A DNA stretch of 61,267 nt, from the NCBI GenBank assembly GCA_976551045.1, contig CDPCPM010000289.1, forward strand, positions 2,480,001 through 2,541,267. Reading direction: 5' to 3'. The notes beneath the pieces were generated by a model. It had not been told where the DNA came from. It did not search any database and saw only the letters and a list, made by a program, of their open reading frames with translations. This DNA comes from Glaucostegus cemiculus (taxonomy: Eukaryota). The position numbers and the translations under genes were made by a program. Of the stretch, positions 50,616 through 61,267 are shown piece after piece. The first letter of the stretch is position 1. Each line of letters starts with the position of its first letter.

Positions 50616-52381
50616 CTGGCAAAATGCAAAATGAGGATTAGAAAATAACAGCTATAACTGAATACAAACCAGCCACAAAGTTCCAACTTTATCTCAAAAT
50701 CTGGACAACCACACTTGTTCTTTTGCAAACTAACATGAATTTCAGAACAGTCCATTGAAAAAAGGAGGGCATTAATTTCTATAGTATGTAAAGCAGCCTT
50801 GTCCCAAAGCATTTACGGGGTCAATGAAGGCTTTTTAAAGGGTGTTTAGTGATATAATGCACAGCAAACTCCCACATACTTTGGAATAATGACCAGATAA
50901 TCTGCTTCTGGGAACACCAGGGATAACTCCCATTCTTCAGAAACTCTCCACTTTGGAACGAGATGTATTACATCGGCCTAGGAGAGCAGCCAGCGGCTCA
51001 GCTGAACTTTCAGTGTAGCACTCCCTCAGTGCAGCACCGGAGACCTTGCCTGGTGTACACAGATCCTGTCTCTGTGGTGGGATTTGAACCCACAACCCTT
51101 TGTCTCAGCTGTGGGAGTGCTGTCCACTGAGCCACAGCTCACACCTTAAAGCGAAATGGATATGTGGAGAGTTGTGGATGCAAGGAACATCTTGGAGGAC
51201 TGAAATTCAATGCCACGGGGGTGAATTTATAAAATCAGATGAACTCTGAATTTACACAACTTGTATCTCTGGTACATGTTTTCTGCTTTTTTTGACCACT
51301 TTTACCTCTGTGCTCTAACAATTCTGTGATTCAATGACCCAGCGATGTCAGTGCACAGAAGTGAGCATTTTTCAGGATCTGGGTGTTGTTGGCTGGGCCA
51401 GCATTTATTGCCCTTCCCCAAATGCCCTTAAACCAAGTAGCTTCATGGGCCTTTTCAGACTGAGGGATTTAAGAATGGGACGGGGAGTGGGTCTGGATCA
51501 CTATGGGCAAGGATGGCAAATCCAGCAAATCACATGGACTTTTGTGATGATTCAGTTTTTGTGGTCACCATTACAAACAATTTGTTGTTGTTTTTCCAAG
51601 CTCCACAGTTGCCATGGCGGGGTCTGATCTCAGGACACTGGATTACTGGTGTGCTCATTTAACTGCTGTTGCAGTATCATTGCCCCACCGCGCTCCAACT
51701 TTACGTGTTCACCCTCTAGCCCAGGGAGACGTCCCATGGTGCCTCACAGGTGGCCTGAAGCAAATATTCACATCAAGCTGCAAACAAAGACAGCAGCCAA
51801 AAGCTTGAGGCTTTAACAAACATTTCAAAGGAGGAGACAGAGTCCGGAGCCCAGGGACAGGGTAGTAAAGAAGGTATAACAGCAGGCTTGCCTTCATCAT
51901 ACAGGGCATTGAGTATAAAAGTTAACAGGTCATGTGGCAGTGAGAAAAAATTTGGCTAGGCCACGTTGGGAGTATTGTGTGTAGTTCTGGTTTTGCCACA
52001 CTATAGGAGGATGTGAGGGTTTTAGAGAGTGTGTAGAAGAGATTCACCAGGACGTTGCCTGGATTGGAGTATATTAGCTATAAGGAGGGGTTAGACAAAT
52101 GTAGGCTGTGCTGTTGTGTGTTCTATGTAGGCAGCTGAAGGCAGTGGAAATCCAGGAACATCGGGGAGTGCGGAGATCCCAGAGTTGCAACCTCAGGATA
52201 TAGGAACTTTTAGACATCTTAACGTGGATTAAACTGGACTGTTGATGTTAAGATATCAAGCAGATGTGGAGGGTGGGTTCAAGTGATGGAAAGTAACCAG
52301 GAGATTGAAGTAGGCCTGCTGTTGTGTCACACCGAGCAGCCAGGAGCAGTGCTGATGTTCCTCTAGGTCTCAGGGTGTTAC

Positions 52382-52574
52382 CTTTGATTTCTGTGCAGTG
52401 TACCAGCCACGGGGATAACGAGCAATGTTGTCCAAGTGTTTCTCAGACTTGTGCCAGTCCTCAAGCCACTTGAGGTGGTTGTACTGTGGCTCGACCTGTT
52501 TGAGGCGTTCCTGCATAGCCTGGTTCTCACGAGTGACTCTTTCCAGCTCGCGTTGCCGCCTTTCCCTGTTCAAA
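52382..52574 (-). CDS. CFAP97D2: CFAP97D2-like exon (SLNRERRQRELERVTRENQAMQERL...WLEDW...IARYPRGWYTAQKSK)
   Basis: aatcag| ... |gtaaca; 193 nt; overlaps ORF 52370..52573; family C-terminal motif SLNR...ENQ...W...IARYP. Confidence 0.87.
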
Positions 52575-53693
52575 CTGATTCACAAAGGGTACAGCAGTTT
52601 AAGAAAGAGTTCACACTCAGCCAGATCAGTATGTCATCCTCAGGTTATCCATGGTCTCTAATTCCCTGGACACATTTTGTCCCCCTTCTTAACCTCAGGA
52701 TTTATGTTAACCATCAGCCAGTCCTCCGGAACTGGACCTTTTTCCAACGAATTGTTACACCTGTGCGCCAATGTACTTCTGGACAATTACTTCAGGAGCA
52801 ACCATGGCACCAAGTTGCACACAGTAAGCTCCGGTGAGATGAACAATCAGCGAGGGTATGTGGACGGGACACTGGACAAAGTCCCTTCATCTTATTTTAA
52901 ATAATTAGGTGAGATCTTTCACCCTCACCACCCTTCCAACAGCAGTGCCTACTCCATTCAGTCCCACTGACAATGTGGTGCTGCCTCAGTACTGCCCCTC
53001 CAATTAACCTGTTCCCCGGTCATCTCCCAGCTCGGGGCATCAGCTCTTGTTCTGGCCTTGCCTTTGGAGGGTGTGGAGGAAGTTTACTGGAGCAGTCCCA
53101 GAGGGTGGGACTAGAGAAGGTGGAATTTCTCTCCTTGGAATTTAAATGGTTCAGAATCAAGAGGGGTTTAGCTGGAGAAAACAAGGAGAGACTGTTTCCA
53201 GGGGCAAGGGGGTGGGTTCCAAGAGGACATGGAGACATGGAGTGAAGGTGATCAGGAGAAGAACTGGTGGAGGGGGAGAGGAGGGGAGTGTCTTTATGCA
53301 GTGAGTTACTGTGATCTAGGACGTGCTGCCTGAAAGGGCAGTGGAAGGGGATTCGACAGGAACTTTCAAGAGGAGTTGGAGAAACGCTGGAAGTTTTTGC
53401 ATGACTTTGGGAAAAGAGTGAAGAAAGGAACTGACTGGAGACTTTTTCACGAGTTGGCAGAGGATCGATGGGCTGAATTGTTTGCTGCATCATTCTGAGA
53501 AAATGACAGAAGGTTTTTCCATCAGCTGTCACTCCAATAGCACAGGGAGCCTGGCCAGACCCCGAGAACAGCTGTGTGACACAAGTATACAACAACTCCC
53601 AGTTCAGGGACTGAGGATGGAGCAGGAAGACTGCAGGTACTGGCTCACATTTAAATATCCATGGTCAGAGGGCAAAGCAAGAAGGAAAGGCAC

Positions 53694-53812
53694 CTTTTTG
53701 ACTTGTACTGATTCATATTGTCAACTCGCCCAGTGGTCCTCATGATTGTTGACATCTTTTCTAGCAGTTTCTTGTTGTTTTTCTCTATGTTGGAGAGGCG
53801 GTCTTCCTCAAG
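53694..53812 (-). CDS. CFAP97D2: CFAP97D2-like exon (LEEDRLSNIEKNNKKLLEKMSTIMRTTGRVDNMNQYKSK)
   Basis: aaacacag| ... |gtgcct; 119 nt; KIAA1430/CFAP97 domain motif IExxNxxLLEK; phase fits both neighbours. Confidence 0.87.
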
Positions 53813-54153
53813 CTGTGTTTAAATGCAAACAACAATCAGCACACTTAACCAAAGTGCCAGATCTGAATACACAAACACTGCTTTAACGCAAAGAGATGAA
53901 ACTGGCTGCCAGGAAGCAGCTGAAGGTTGTGGGAACAGATCGAGCTAAACCCCACAAAAGCAAACAGTATCAGATTTGTACCGCACCTTTCAGGGCCCCC
54001 AGCCCCCGGAGAGATTCACAGCCACTGGAATAGTCTGTCTGCAATGGTTCAGGCACAATATCTCAGCTCTGAAATGGCAGGCTCTAGATTCAAATCAAGT
54101 TCTTCACTACAACATCTTGGCAGGCACTGAGGTACAGTAGAGAGGAAATGCCA

Positions 54154-54398
54154 CACTGTGGGAGGGGCAGTACTGAGGGAGGGTCCCACTGTGGGAGGGG
54201 CGGTAATGAGGGAGGGTCACACTGTGGGAGTGGCGGTAATGAGGGAGGGTCACACTGTGGGAGGGGCGGTAATGAGGGAGGGTCACACTGTGGGAGTGGC
54301 AATACTGAGGCAGTGCTGCACTGTGGGAGGGATGGTTCTGAGGCAATGCTGCACTGTGGGGGGGCGGTACTGAGGGAGGGTTGCACTGTGGGAGGCGC
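54154..54398. repeat. 33-bp minisatellite, about 7.4 copies (CACTGTGGGAGGGGCGGTAATGAGGGAGGGTCA)
   Basis: Unit starts at 54154, 54187, 54220 and onward. Confidence 0.93.
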
Positions 54399-55029
54399 CA
54401 TAATAAGGCAAAGCAATAAAATGTGCAAGTGCTGGAAATGTGAAATTGAAAGAAAATGCTTAAGATACTCATTAGGTCAGATAGCATCTGTAGAGGGAGA
54501 AACAGCAGTAACATCCCGATGAAAGGTCATCGACCTTTGAAGTTCACATAACAGCATAAAAAGGCTGGTCATTCACATTGCTGTTGTGGGATCTTGCTGT
54601 GCAACAGCTGAGTTTGCTTCATGACAGCAGCGACTGCAAGTCAGGGATCTCATTGGTTACAGACTCTGGGTCATCCTCAGCAGTTGCTGAACGGCGCTAT
54701 AGTAAAAGGCATTGTTACCATTCCCATCCCATGTTTCCACACATGCCAGTTATTTTCCAGCAACATTTCACTCCTGACCTGTCACTGCAATGACAAACAG
54801 CAGTGTGATGTGACCAGGACCTGGCACGGGTGATAACTGCGGGATTGCCGATATCACTTCTGTTCCGTTTCCCAGTGTCACTCAATGTCATTAAGGTTTT
54901 TCTTAACACAGGCAGGCTCTGAAAGTCAGCTGGGAAAGTGTTTCCGGCAGACACCATGGGCCAGGACCAGTGGAGACACAAGGCACACACCAAATGTGAC
55001 AATAACACTGCACAGATAAACACAGAGCT

Positions 55030-55350
55030 CGTGCAGCACATAAACAAACATGAGGGATAGGAGCAGGAGTCGGCCATCTGGCCCGTCGAGCCTGCTCCGC
55101 CATTCAATAAGGTCACCGCTGATCTGGCCGTGGACTCAGATCCACCCACCTGCCTTTTCCCCATAACCCTTAATTCCCCTACTATGCAAAAATCTATCTA
55201 ACTGTGTCTTAAATACATTTAATGAAGTCGCCTCTACTGCTTCCCTGGACAGAGAATTCCACAGATTCACTGCTCTCTGGGAAAAGCAGTTCCTCCTCAT
55301 CTCCGTCCTAAATCTCTCCTCCCCTGAATCTTGAAAATATCCTCTAGTTC
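55030..55350 (-). mobile_element. CR1 LINE 3' end
   Basis: FRTEMRRNCFSQRAVNLWNSL (ORF 55136..55402). Confidence 0.85.
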
Positions 55351-55822
55351 TAGTCTCTTTCGGTCTATGCTGGTGCTTCTTCCCCACACAGCCCCCTCCC
55401 ACCCCTCTCCATCTCCCCCATCACCATCTCCCCCCACCCCCCTCTCCCTCCTGTGTACATCCAGCTTCCCCTTAAACCCATCTCTGCTGTTCACCATGAT
55501 CCTCCCAGTGGGGCTTCTCCATTCTCTCAGCTGTCTGAGGAACCAATGTTCTCCTCAACTCACAGAGACCGTTTAACGTTGATTCTTCTCCCCTCCACAT
55601 TGCCATGGGCCAGCCTTTCCTGGCTGGTGGTTTCAGCAGCGATTTTATCTTGAGAGTAACCTCCTGACTACTTCAGCCCCTTTTGCATATTTCCCTGAGT
55701 TTCAGTTGAGATATTTTTAATCGCATTTGCCCTGGGAGGTGTCCTGACACATTGACAGAGGCAACTGCACGATCCTGGGGTAGAGAATGCTCTCACATTG
55801 GAGAAGATAAGGGACACATTAC

Positions 55823-55903
55823 CTTTAGCTTCTTAAATTTCAGCTGAAGATGAGAGAAGGTTTCAGGAGGATGGTTGTCAACCGTTGATTTAGCCGCTTG
55901 TAC
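55823..55903 (-). CDS. CFAP97D2: CFAP97-domain protein 2-like, internal exon (VQAAKSTVDNHPPETFSHLQLKFKKLK)
   Basis: tcttgtag| ... |gtaatg; 81 nt; resembles recalled CFAP97D2 [27 protein letters not shown]. Confidence 0.85.
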
Positions 55904-56765
55904 CTACAAGAGAATTTGACTGATAAACTGTTGAGAATATTTTGGCAATGAACAGAATACCATTCAGCCTCTTGAGACAGCCCTGATATTCAGTGGGATC
56001 AGGGCGGATTGATTACTTAACTCCATCTATCCACCTTGATTCGGTGACCTCGACAAAGATGAATCCATCTCAGTTTTGGAATGTTCAGTTGACTACTCTG
56101 CTAATGTTTTGTTCATCTGGACTGATGAAGGGTCTCAAAACGTCGACTGTCCATTTCCCCCCATTGATGCTGCCTGACCCACTGAGTTCCTCCAGCGTCT
56201 TGTGTGTTGCTGCTGCTGTAGAGCAGTTGGCTAAAGGGCCTGTTTCTGTGCGGTGACGTTGATATTGTTCTGTGATACCAGTCTGTTGAGTGTTGGGCTA
56301 CGTGCATTAACTAACGACCCAGCTTGAGATTACAACAGTCTCACTCGACATATTTGATGTTGGTTGCACGAGAGCCTCTGAGAAAATAACGGAGCGGCAA
56401 GTGGATCTGAGCTGTGCTGATGCACTCTTGCTGGAAATGGCCTCCTGAACCTGCCATGCTAGTAAGCCCCACCCCAGGCTTTCTTCAACCTCTCTGGCTT
56501 GAGATGGGAGAGGCTGCCAGTCTGATTGGCTGTATTGTGGAGTGGACCCTTGCTCCACAGCTCCATAGTGCTGTGCCAGCTGTTTGAAAGCCCTCTGGTT
56601 ACTTCCAGTCCCTTGCTCCTTCATTCATATCCTGCAGCTTCTCCTATAAACACATATTCAATTCCCTTTCACAACTCTCTCTCCAAACAAACATTCCTGC
56701 CATAGTATCACACCCCACAGAAACAGAACTTGCCGCACTGAGTTTGTGCCAACCACCATCCACCC

Positions 56766-57277
56766 AGTTGGTGCTGGTGCTGGTTTATTACTGTCCCTTG
56801 TGCCGAGGTCCAGTGAGAAACTTGTCTTACAACCCGATTGTTCAGGTCAATTCATTACACAGTGCAGTTACATAGTTAGTACAGAGTGCATTGATGTACA
56901 GGTAAAAACAGTAACAGTAGAGAGTAAAGTGTCACAGCTACAGAGAAAGTGCAGTGCAATAAGGTGCGAGGTCACAACAAAGTAATCGTGAGGTCAGAGT
57001 CCATCTCATTGTATAAGGGAATAGTCTTATCACAGTGGGGAAGAAGCTGTCCTTAAGTCTGGTGGTACGTGCCCTCAGGCACCTGTATCTTCTACCTGAT
57101 GGGAGAGGAGAGAAGAGAGAATGTCCTGGGTGGTTGGGGTCTTTGATTCTGCTGGCTGCTCCACCAAGACAATGAGAGGTAAAGACAGAGTCCAAGGAGG
57201 GGAGACTGGTGTCCGTGATGCGCTGGGCTGTGTCCACAACTCTCTGCAGCTTCTTGTGGTCCTGGGCAGAGCAGTTG
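56766..57277 (-). mobile_element. Rex1/Babar-like LINE 3' fragment
   Basis: KKLQRVVDTAQRIT...HPGHSLFSPLPSGRRYR...TTRLKDSFFP (ORF 56938..57345). Confidence 0.88.
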
Positions 57278-57495
57278 TCTAATCCTGTTTGGTTCTCCCC
57301 ACATTCCCACCAACTCCCCCCAGATTCTACCACCCACCTACACATGAGGATAATTTACAGCAGCTAATTAATCTACCAACCTGCATGCCTTTGGAATGTG
57401 GGAGGAAACCAGAACATGCAGAGGAAATCCATGCAAAGTCCACACATCAGCACCAAGGTCAGGATTGAAGGTGGGTTGCTGGAACTGCACCACCA
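57278..57495 (-). mobile_element. V-SINE-like element
   Basis: TGTGGGAGGAAACCAGAAC core on the plus strand. Confidence 0.65.
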
Positions 57496-59626
57496 CACCA
57501 CTCCTTGTCTCCCCTCTGGTTCTTTTGTCCCTCACCTTTGAATGGTGACCTTTGACCACCAGTGCTCCTGCCACTGGAAGTGGTATGTAAAGGCTACATA
57601 CTGTGTACACCCAGCTTCAATCTCCTCTGAAAGTGGAGGACTGGAAGGGACTGGCTGCACCAACGTCACCTTATTGCTGGATCTGTCCCAAGCCAGACCC
57701 CAAGGAAAGTTGCTATCAGCTAATTTTTCATCTCTGAGAATTAAAGCGAACAGGAAGTAAACCACAATGTATCTCGAGACTCTTTTGTTCACATCTAATT
57801 GCTCCACTGACACAAAGCTTGGCCAAACAGACTTGAGCAATGTAATCAGTATCAACAGCCTGTTGTCATGGAGTATTCACCTTCAGTCTAATCTGATCCA
57901 TCAGATTACAGCAATAATTATATGGCCCAACACTCACCCTGCTTCGTGGTGCCCTTATCAGAATGAGTCCCTTGACAATATTGTCAACAGATCCCAAAGC
58001 ATTTGCCATCCCAACATCCTTTATTGCATGCCCTGGTGTTCTCAATCTCATTGGCTCCTGGTTTGCACTGTCCCACATGCAGGTTCACTGACGTACATTC
58101 GCCCCCAGCCTGATAAATTCTCCAAATCCCCCCTCCTCCCTATTTCTGTAATCTCCTGCGGCCCCACACCCCTCCAAGATCTCTGCCCTTCAATGATCCT
58201 GCCCCCTGCGCATCTTTCATCGGTCAGCCACTGGCAGCTGTGCCTTCAGGTGGCCGGTCCCCCAACCTAACCTTCTCCACCTCGAGGTCCATCCCTCCTA
58301 CACCCAGTGCTTTGAACGAGCTTTTCCTGTTATCTCTGTAACTGCATAAATGCCAACTGTTGTTTGGAGTTGCTGCTATGAAGGTGTTCATGCTATGTTA
58401 GAGACGTCATCAGATTCCTGCTGAGACTCCCAACATCACTTGTTGCCTGATATCCTAGTCCGACCTTGCATAATTTGAAGAAGTCCTCTGATCTGAGTCA
58501 CTGGGACGCTGCACACAGGTGAAGTAATTTCCATGAAAGGGGCAGACTCTTCCCGTTTCCATACCTGGATGTTTTTTTCTCTCAAATAAAGCAAAAGGTT
58601 AGAGGGAAGCTGGTGAACTCCCAGCAGCAAGCCGCGGCTACAAACGGTGAAACAAACCCATCTGTCTCTTCAAGCAATTGGAGAGAGAGGCTGGAGCTCA
58701 TGGTCACGTCGTGCAGCTGAAGCCCTGAACTGATTTGTTGAGCTAAAGTCCTGTCAGTGTTTACACGGGCTGTGAACCATCCCCTTAACCAAATTCAATA
58801 ATTACACAGTTTTGCACCAACACATGTCCAAACATCTGTAGCACTCCACAAGAAACACATTTACTCACCTCAGCCCCTCCAGTTCCCAACCACACCATGT
58901 TTGCATCAAACACCCTGCCTGTTGCATACATACAGTTACTTTCACATGTGACCTGTCCAAAGTCATGAAGTTCAAATTCACACATCTTGGCACTGGAAAT
59001 CAGCATCACACTCAAAGTGTCACACACATTGCAGCCAACGTCTTATCGGATCTATGCCAGCTCTTTGAAGAGAGTTCCCAATGAGTCCCAGCTCCCTGCT
59101 CTCCTTCAGACCACCGAACTTCTTCATTTCCAATATTCCTCCAATTCCCTGAAAGTTCCTGACGGGCAGTGTGTCTGAGATCTCAGCAGCTCACCTTCCC
59201 GGTGGTCTTTTCTATAAGTGCCCTCTGTACACCAACCCTTCCTCCACTGGAAGCAGGTAAAATTGAAGTTAGTGGGCATCAAAGGGAAATCTCTGCAGTG
59301 GCTGGAGTCATTCCTTGCACAAAGGAAGATAGTTGTGGTTTTTGGAGGTCAATCGTATGAGTCCCAGGACATCACTGCAGGGTTTCCTTAGAACAGCACA
59401 CTTGGCTCAACCATCTCCAGCTTCTTCATCAGTCATAAGGGCAGCAGGGGGGATGTTCACTGATGATTGCTTGATGTTCAGTTCACAACTCCTCAGCAAA
59501 TGGAGACACAAGAGGCTGCAGATGCTGGAACCTGGAGCAGCCTGCGAATGTACGCAGTACCATCTAGACAATGTTCTTCAAAATGATGGCCACCAGAGAG
59601 CATTGGAGCACCTGAATGGTGGTCTC

Positions 59627-60365
59627 CCCATGTCACACTGGAGGTACTGACCCATCTGACAAGTGCCGTACTCTCCAGTGTCATACTGGAAGTACCGACA
59701 CGTCGGACAGTGCGGCACTCTCCCAGAGTCACACTGGAAGTGCAGACTGATCCCTGACAGTGCAGCACTCTCCCAGTGTCACACTGGAGGTGCCAACTCA
59801 TATGACAGTGCAGCACTCTCCCAGTGTCACACTGGAGGTGCCAACCCATATGGCAGTGCAGCACTCTCCCAGTGTCACACTGGAGGTGCCAACCCATATG
59901 GCAGTGCAGCACTCTCCCAGTGTCACACTGGAGGTGCCAACCCATATGGCAGTGCAGCACTCTCCCAGTGTCACACTGGAGGTGCCAACCCATATGGCAG
60001 TGCAGCACTCTCTAGTGTCACACTGGAGGTGCCAACCCATATGGCAGTGCAGCACTCTCTAGTGTCACACTGGAGGTGCCAACCCATATGGCAGTGCAGC
60101 ACTCTCTAGTGTCACACTGGAGGTGCCAACCCATATGGCAGTGCAGCACTCTCTAGTGTCACACTGGAGGTGCCAACCCATATGGCAGTGCAGCACTCTC
60201 TAGTGTCACACTGGAGGTGCCAACCCATATGGCAGTGCAGCACTCTCTAGTGTCACACTGGAGGTGCCAACCCATATGGCAGTGCAGCACTCTCTAGTGT
60301 CACACTGGAGGTGCCAACCCATATGACAGTGCAGCACTCTCTAGTGTCACACTGGAGGTGCAGAC
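59627..60365. repeat. 48/47-bp minisatellite, about 15 copies (CAGTGCAGCACTCTCCCAGTGTCACACTGGAGGTGCCAACCCATATGG)
   Basis: Direct reading; explains ORFs within 59493..60109. Confidence 0.96.
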
Positions 60366-61267
60366 CTAGTTCCCAGTTTGGGTCTCCTGAACCTGAAGTC
60401 CAAAACCTCCCTTGGAAGGGGGGAGCCCCTGGACCTCAGCTGGAACATTTACGGCTGCAGAGGGGAGAAAAGGTTTCTTTTCTCTGAGCACAAAAGGTGA
60501 TGGAACAAGTTCAGGAGGAGCCCGTAACTGAGGGGCACAAGCTCCAGAGATGCTAGGTGATTTATACATGGCCCCAATAGGGACAATCTCATTACTATCT
60601 CTACAGTCAGTTTTTGCAGTGAATCATTCAACAGCTGGAATGAATCATTCAACAGCTGGACCTTCCAGTGAATGACAAACGTTACGAATAATGTTATGAT
60701 GAATGGAACAACTGCCCCATTAACCAAAGCAACAAAGCACAACAGGTACTTGAAACGTTATTTGACACAGTTATTGAATGAAATATATTAGCAGCAGTTC
60801 CAACTTCTTGAGGAAGGAATTTCATTGACATATTCACCCGACTCCTGGTTTAAAAGCAGCTTCTTCAATAAAATGGAAGCAAAGACAGACGTACTGAGAA
60901 GGAGTTATTCGCAACCTCATCATGTTCCAGAGCCTCGGACGTGTAGTCAGTGCTGTTCAGTGCTGTTCAGTGCTGTAACTCAGGGATCCACCCAATTGTA
61001 AATTACCTGGGGTTGGTGAGGCAGTTCACATTATTGTTCCCTGGTGCAGGAGCTGTGGATAAACGTGTGAACCGGGCATCACCAGTCCTCACGACAACCC
61101 GCCATCTCACTGCCACTCTGAACTCCTGTCCTTCCGAGGTGGGGAACAGCACTTCATCTTCCCATTGACCACATTAAGCCCCTGGACACTGACATCTCCC
61201 GGTCCCTTCTCTCCTGCCAGCCTGCCTGACCTGGAGGACAGCGCCGGCATCTCCCTCTGTTGACAAC

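Noticed and set aside
57535-57610. Strong donor AAG|GTGAGG upstream of the CFAP97D2 exons
   Set aside because: Lies in a CR1 3' remnant (GHHSKVR...TRGETR) with no family similarity
59195-59279. Possible first coding exon of CFAP97D2 (ends ...TYRKDHRE, donor AAG|GTGAG)
   Set aside because: The DHR-containing frame ends in phase 1 while the next exon needs phase 0, and its ATG lies in antisense CR1 sequence; it could still be a non-coding cassette
59493-60109. Cys/His-rich repeat ORFs resembling metal-binding proteins
   Set aside because: Translation of the 48-bp array; frame breaks at the 47-bp variant
60621-60977. Short direct duplications (21 bp x2, 10 bp x3; similar ones near 8896, 33411 and 40388)
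   Set aside because: Ordinary slippage duplications with no sign of function

Overview
Vertebrate genomic DNA. The repeat landscape (CR1 and Rex1 LINEs, Penelope-like elements, V- and Deu-type SINEs) looks like a cartilaginous fish; this assignment is inferred from recalled family motifs. Two spliced protein-coding genes lie on the minus strand. The first is CDC16/APC6: I traced coding exons 1-17 by hand (38171 to 903). All introns are GT-AG, phases are consistent, there are 1624 coding nt, and the last exon lies left of the window. The second is a CFAP97/KIAA1430-domain gene, best matching CFAP97D2, with four exons (55903 to 50535); its first coding exon was not found in the window. A CpG-island promoter sits at about 38.1-38.5 kb. 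Most remaining sequence is decayed retroelements plus eight minisatellites, which account for nearly all long ORFs in the six-frame track. No prokaryote-type system is present. The most unusual observations are these. (1) A minisatellite in CDC16 intron 1 was amplified from the exon 1/5' splice-site junction, and every copy has lost the donor GT. (2) That intron is 3n in length and stop-free in the CDC16 frame. (3) GC skew flips at the promoter, next to a strong plus-strand donor, suggesting a divergent transcript. (4) Several minisatellites have visible local seeds in an exon, a LINE ORF or a SINE core. (5) Degenerate Penelope-type hammerhead ribozymes are scattered through the window. (6) Intron 14 holds a candidate poison exon and small ORF. 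Repeat boundaries are approximate, and family names need a Dfam/Repbase check.
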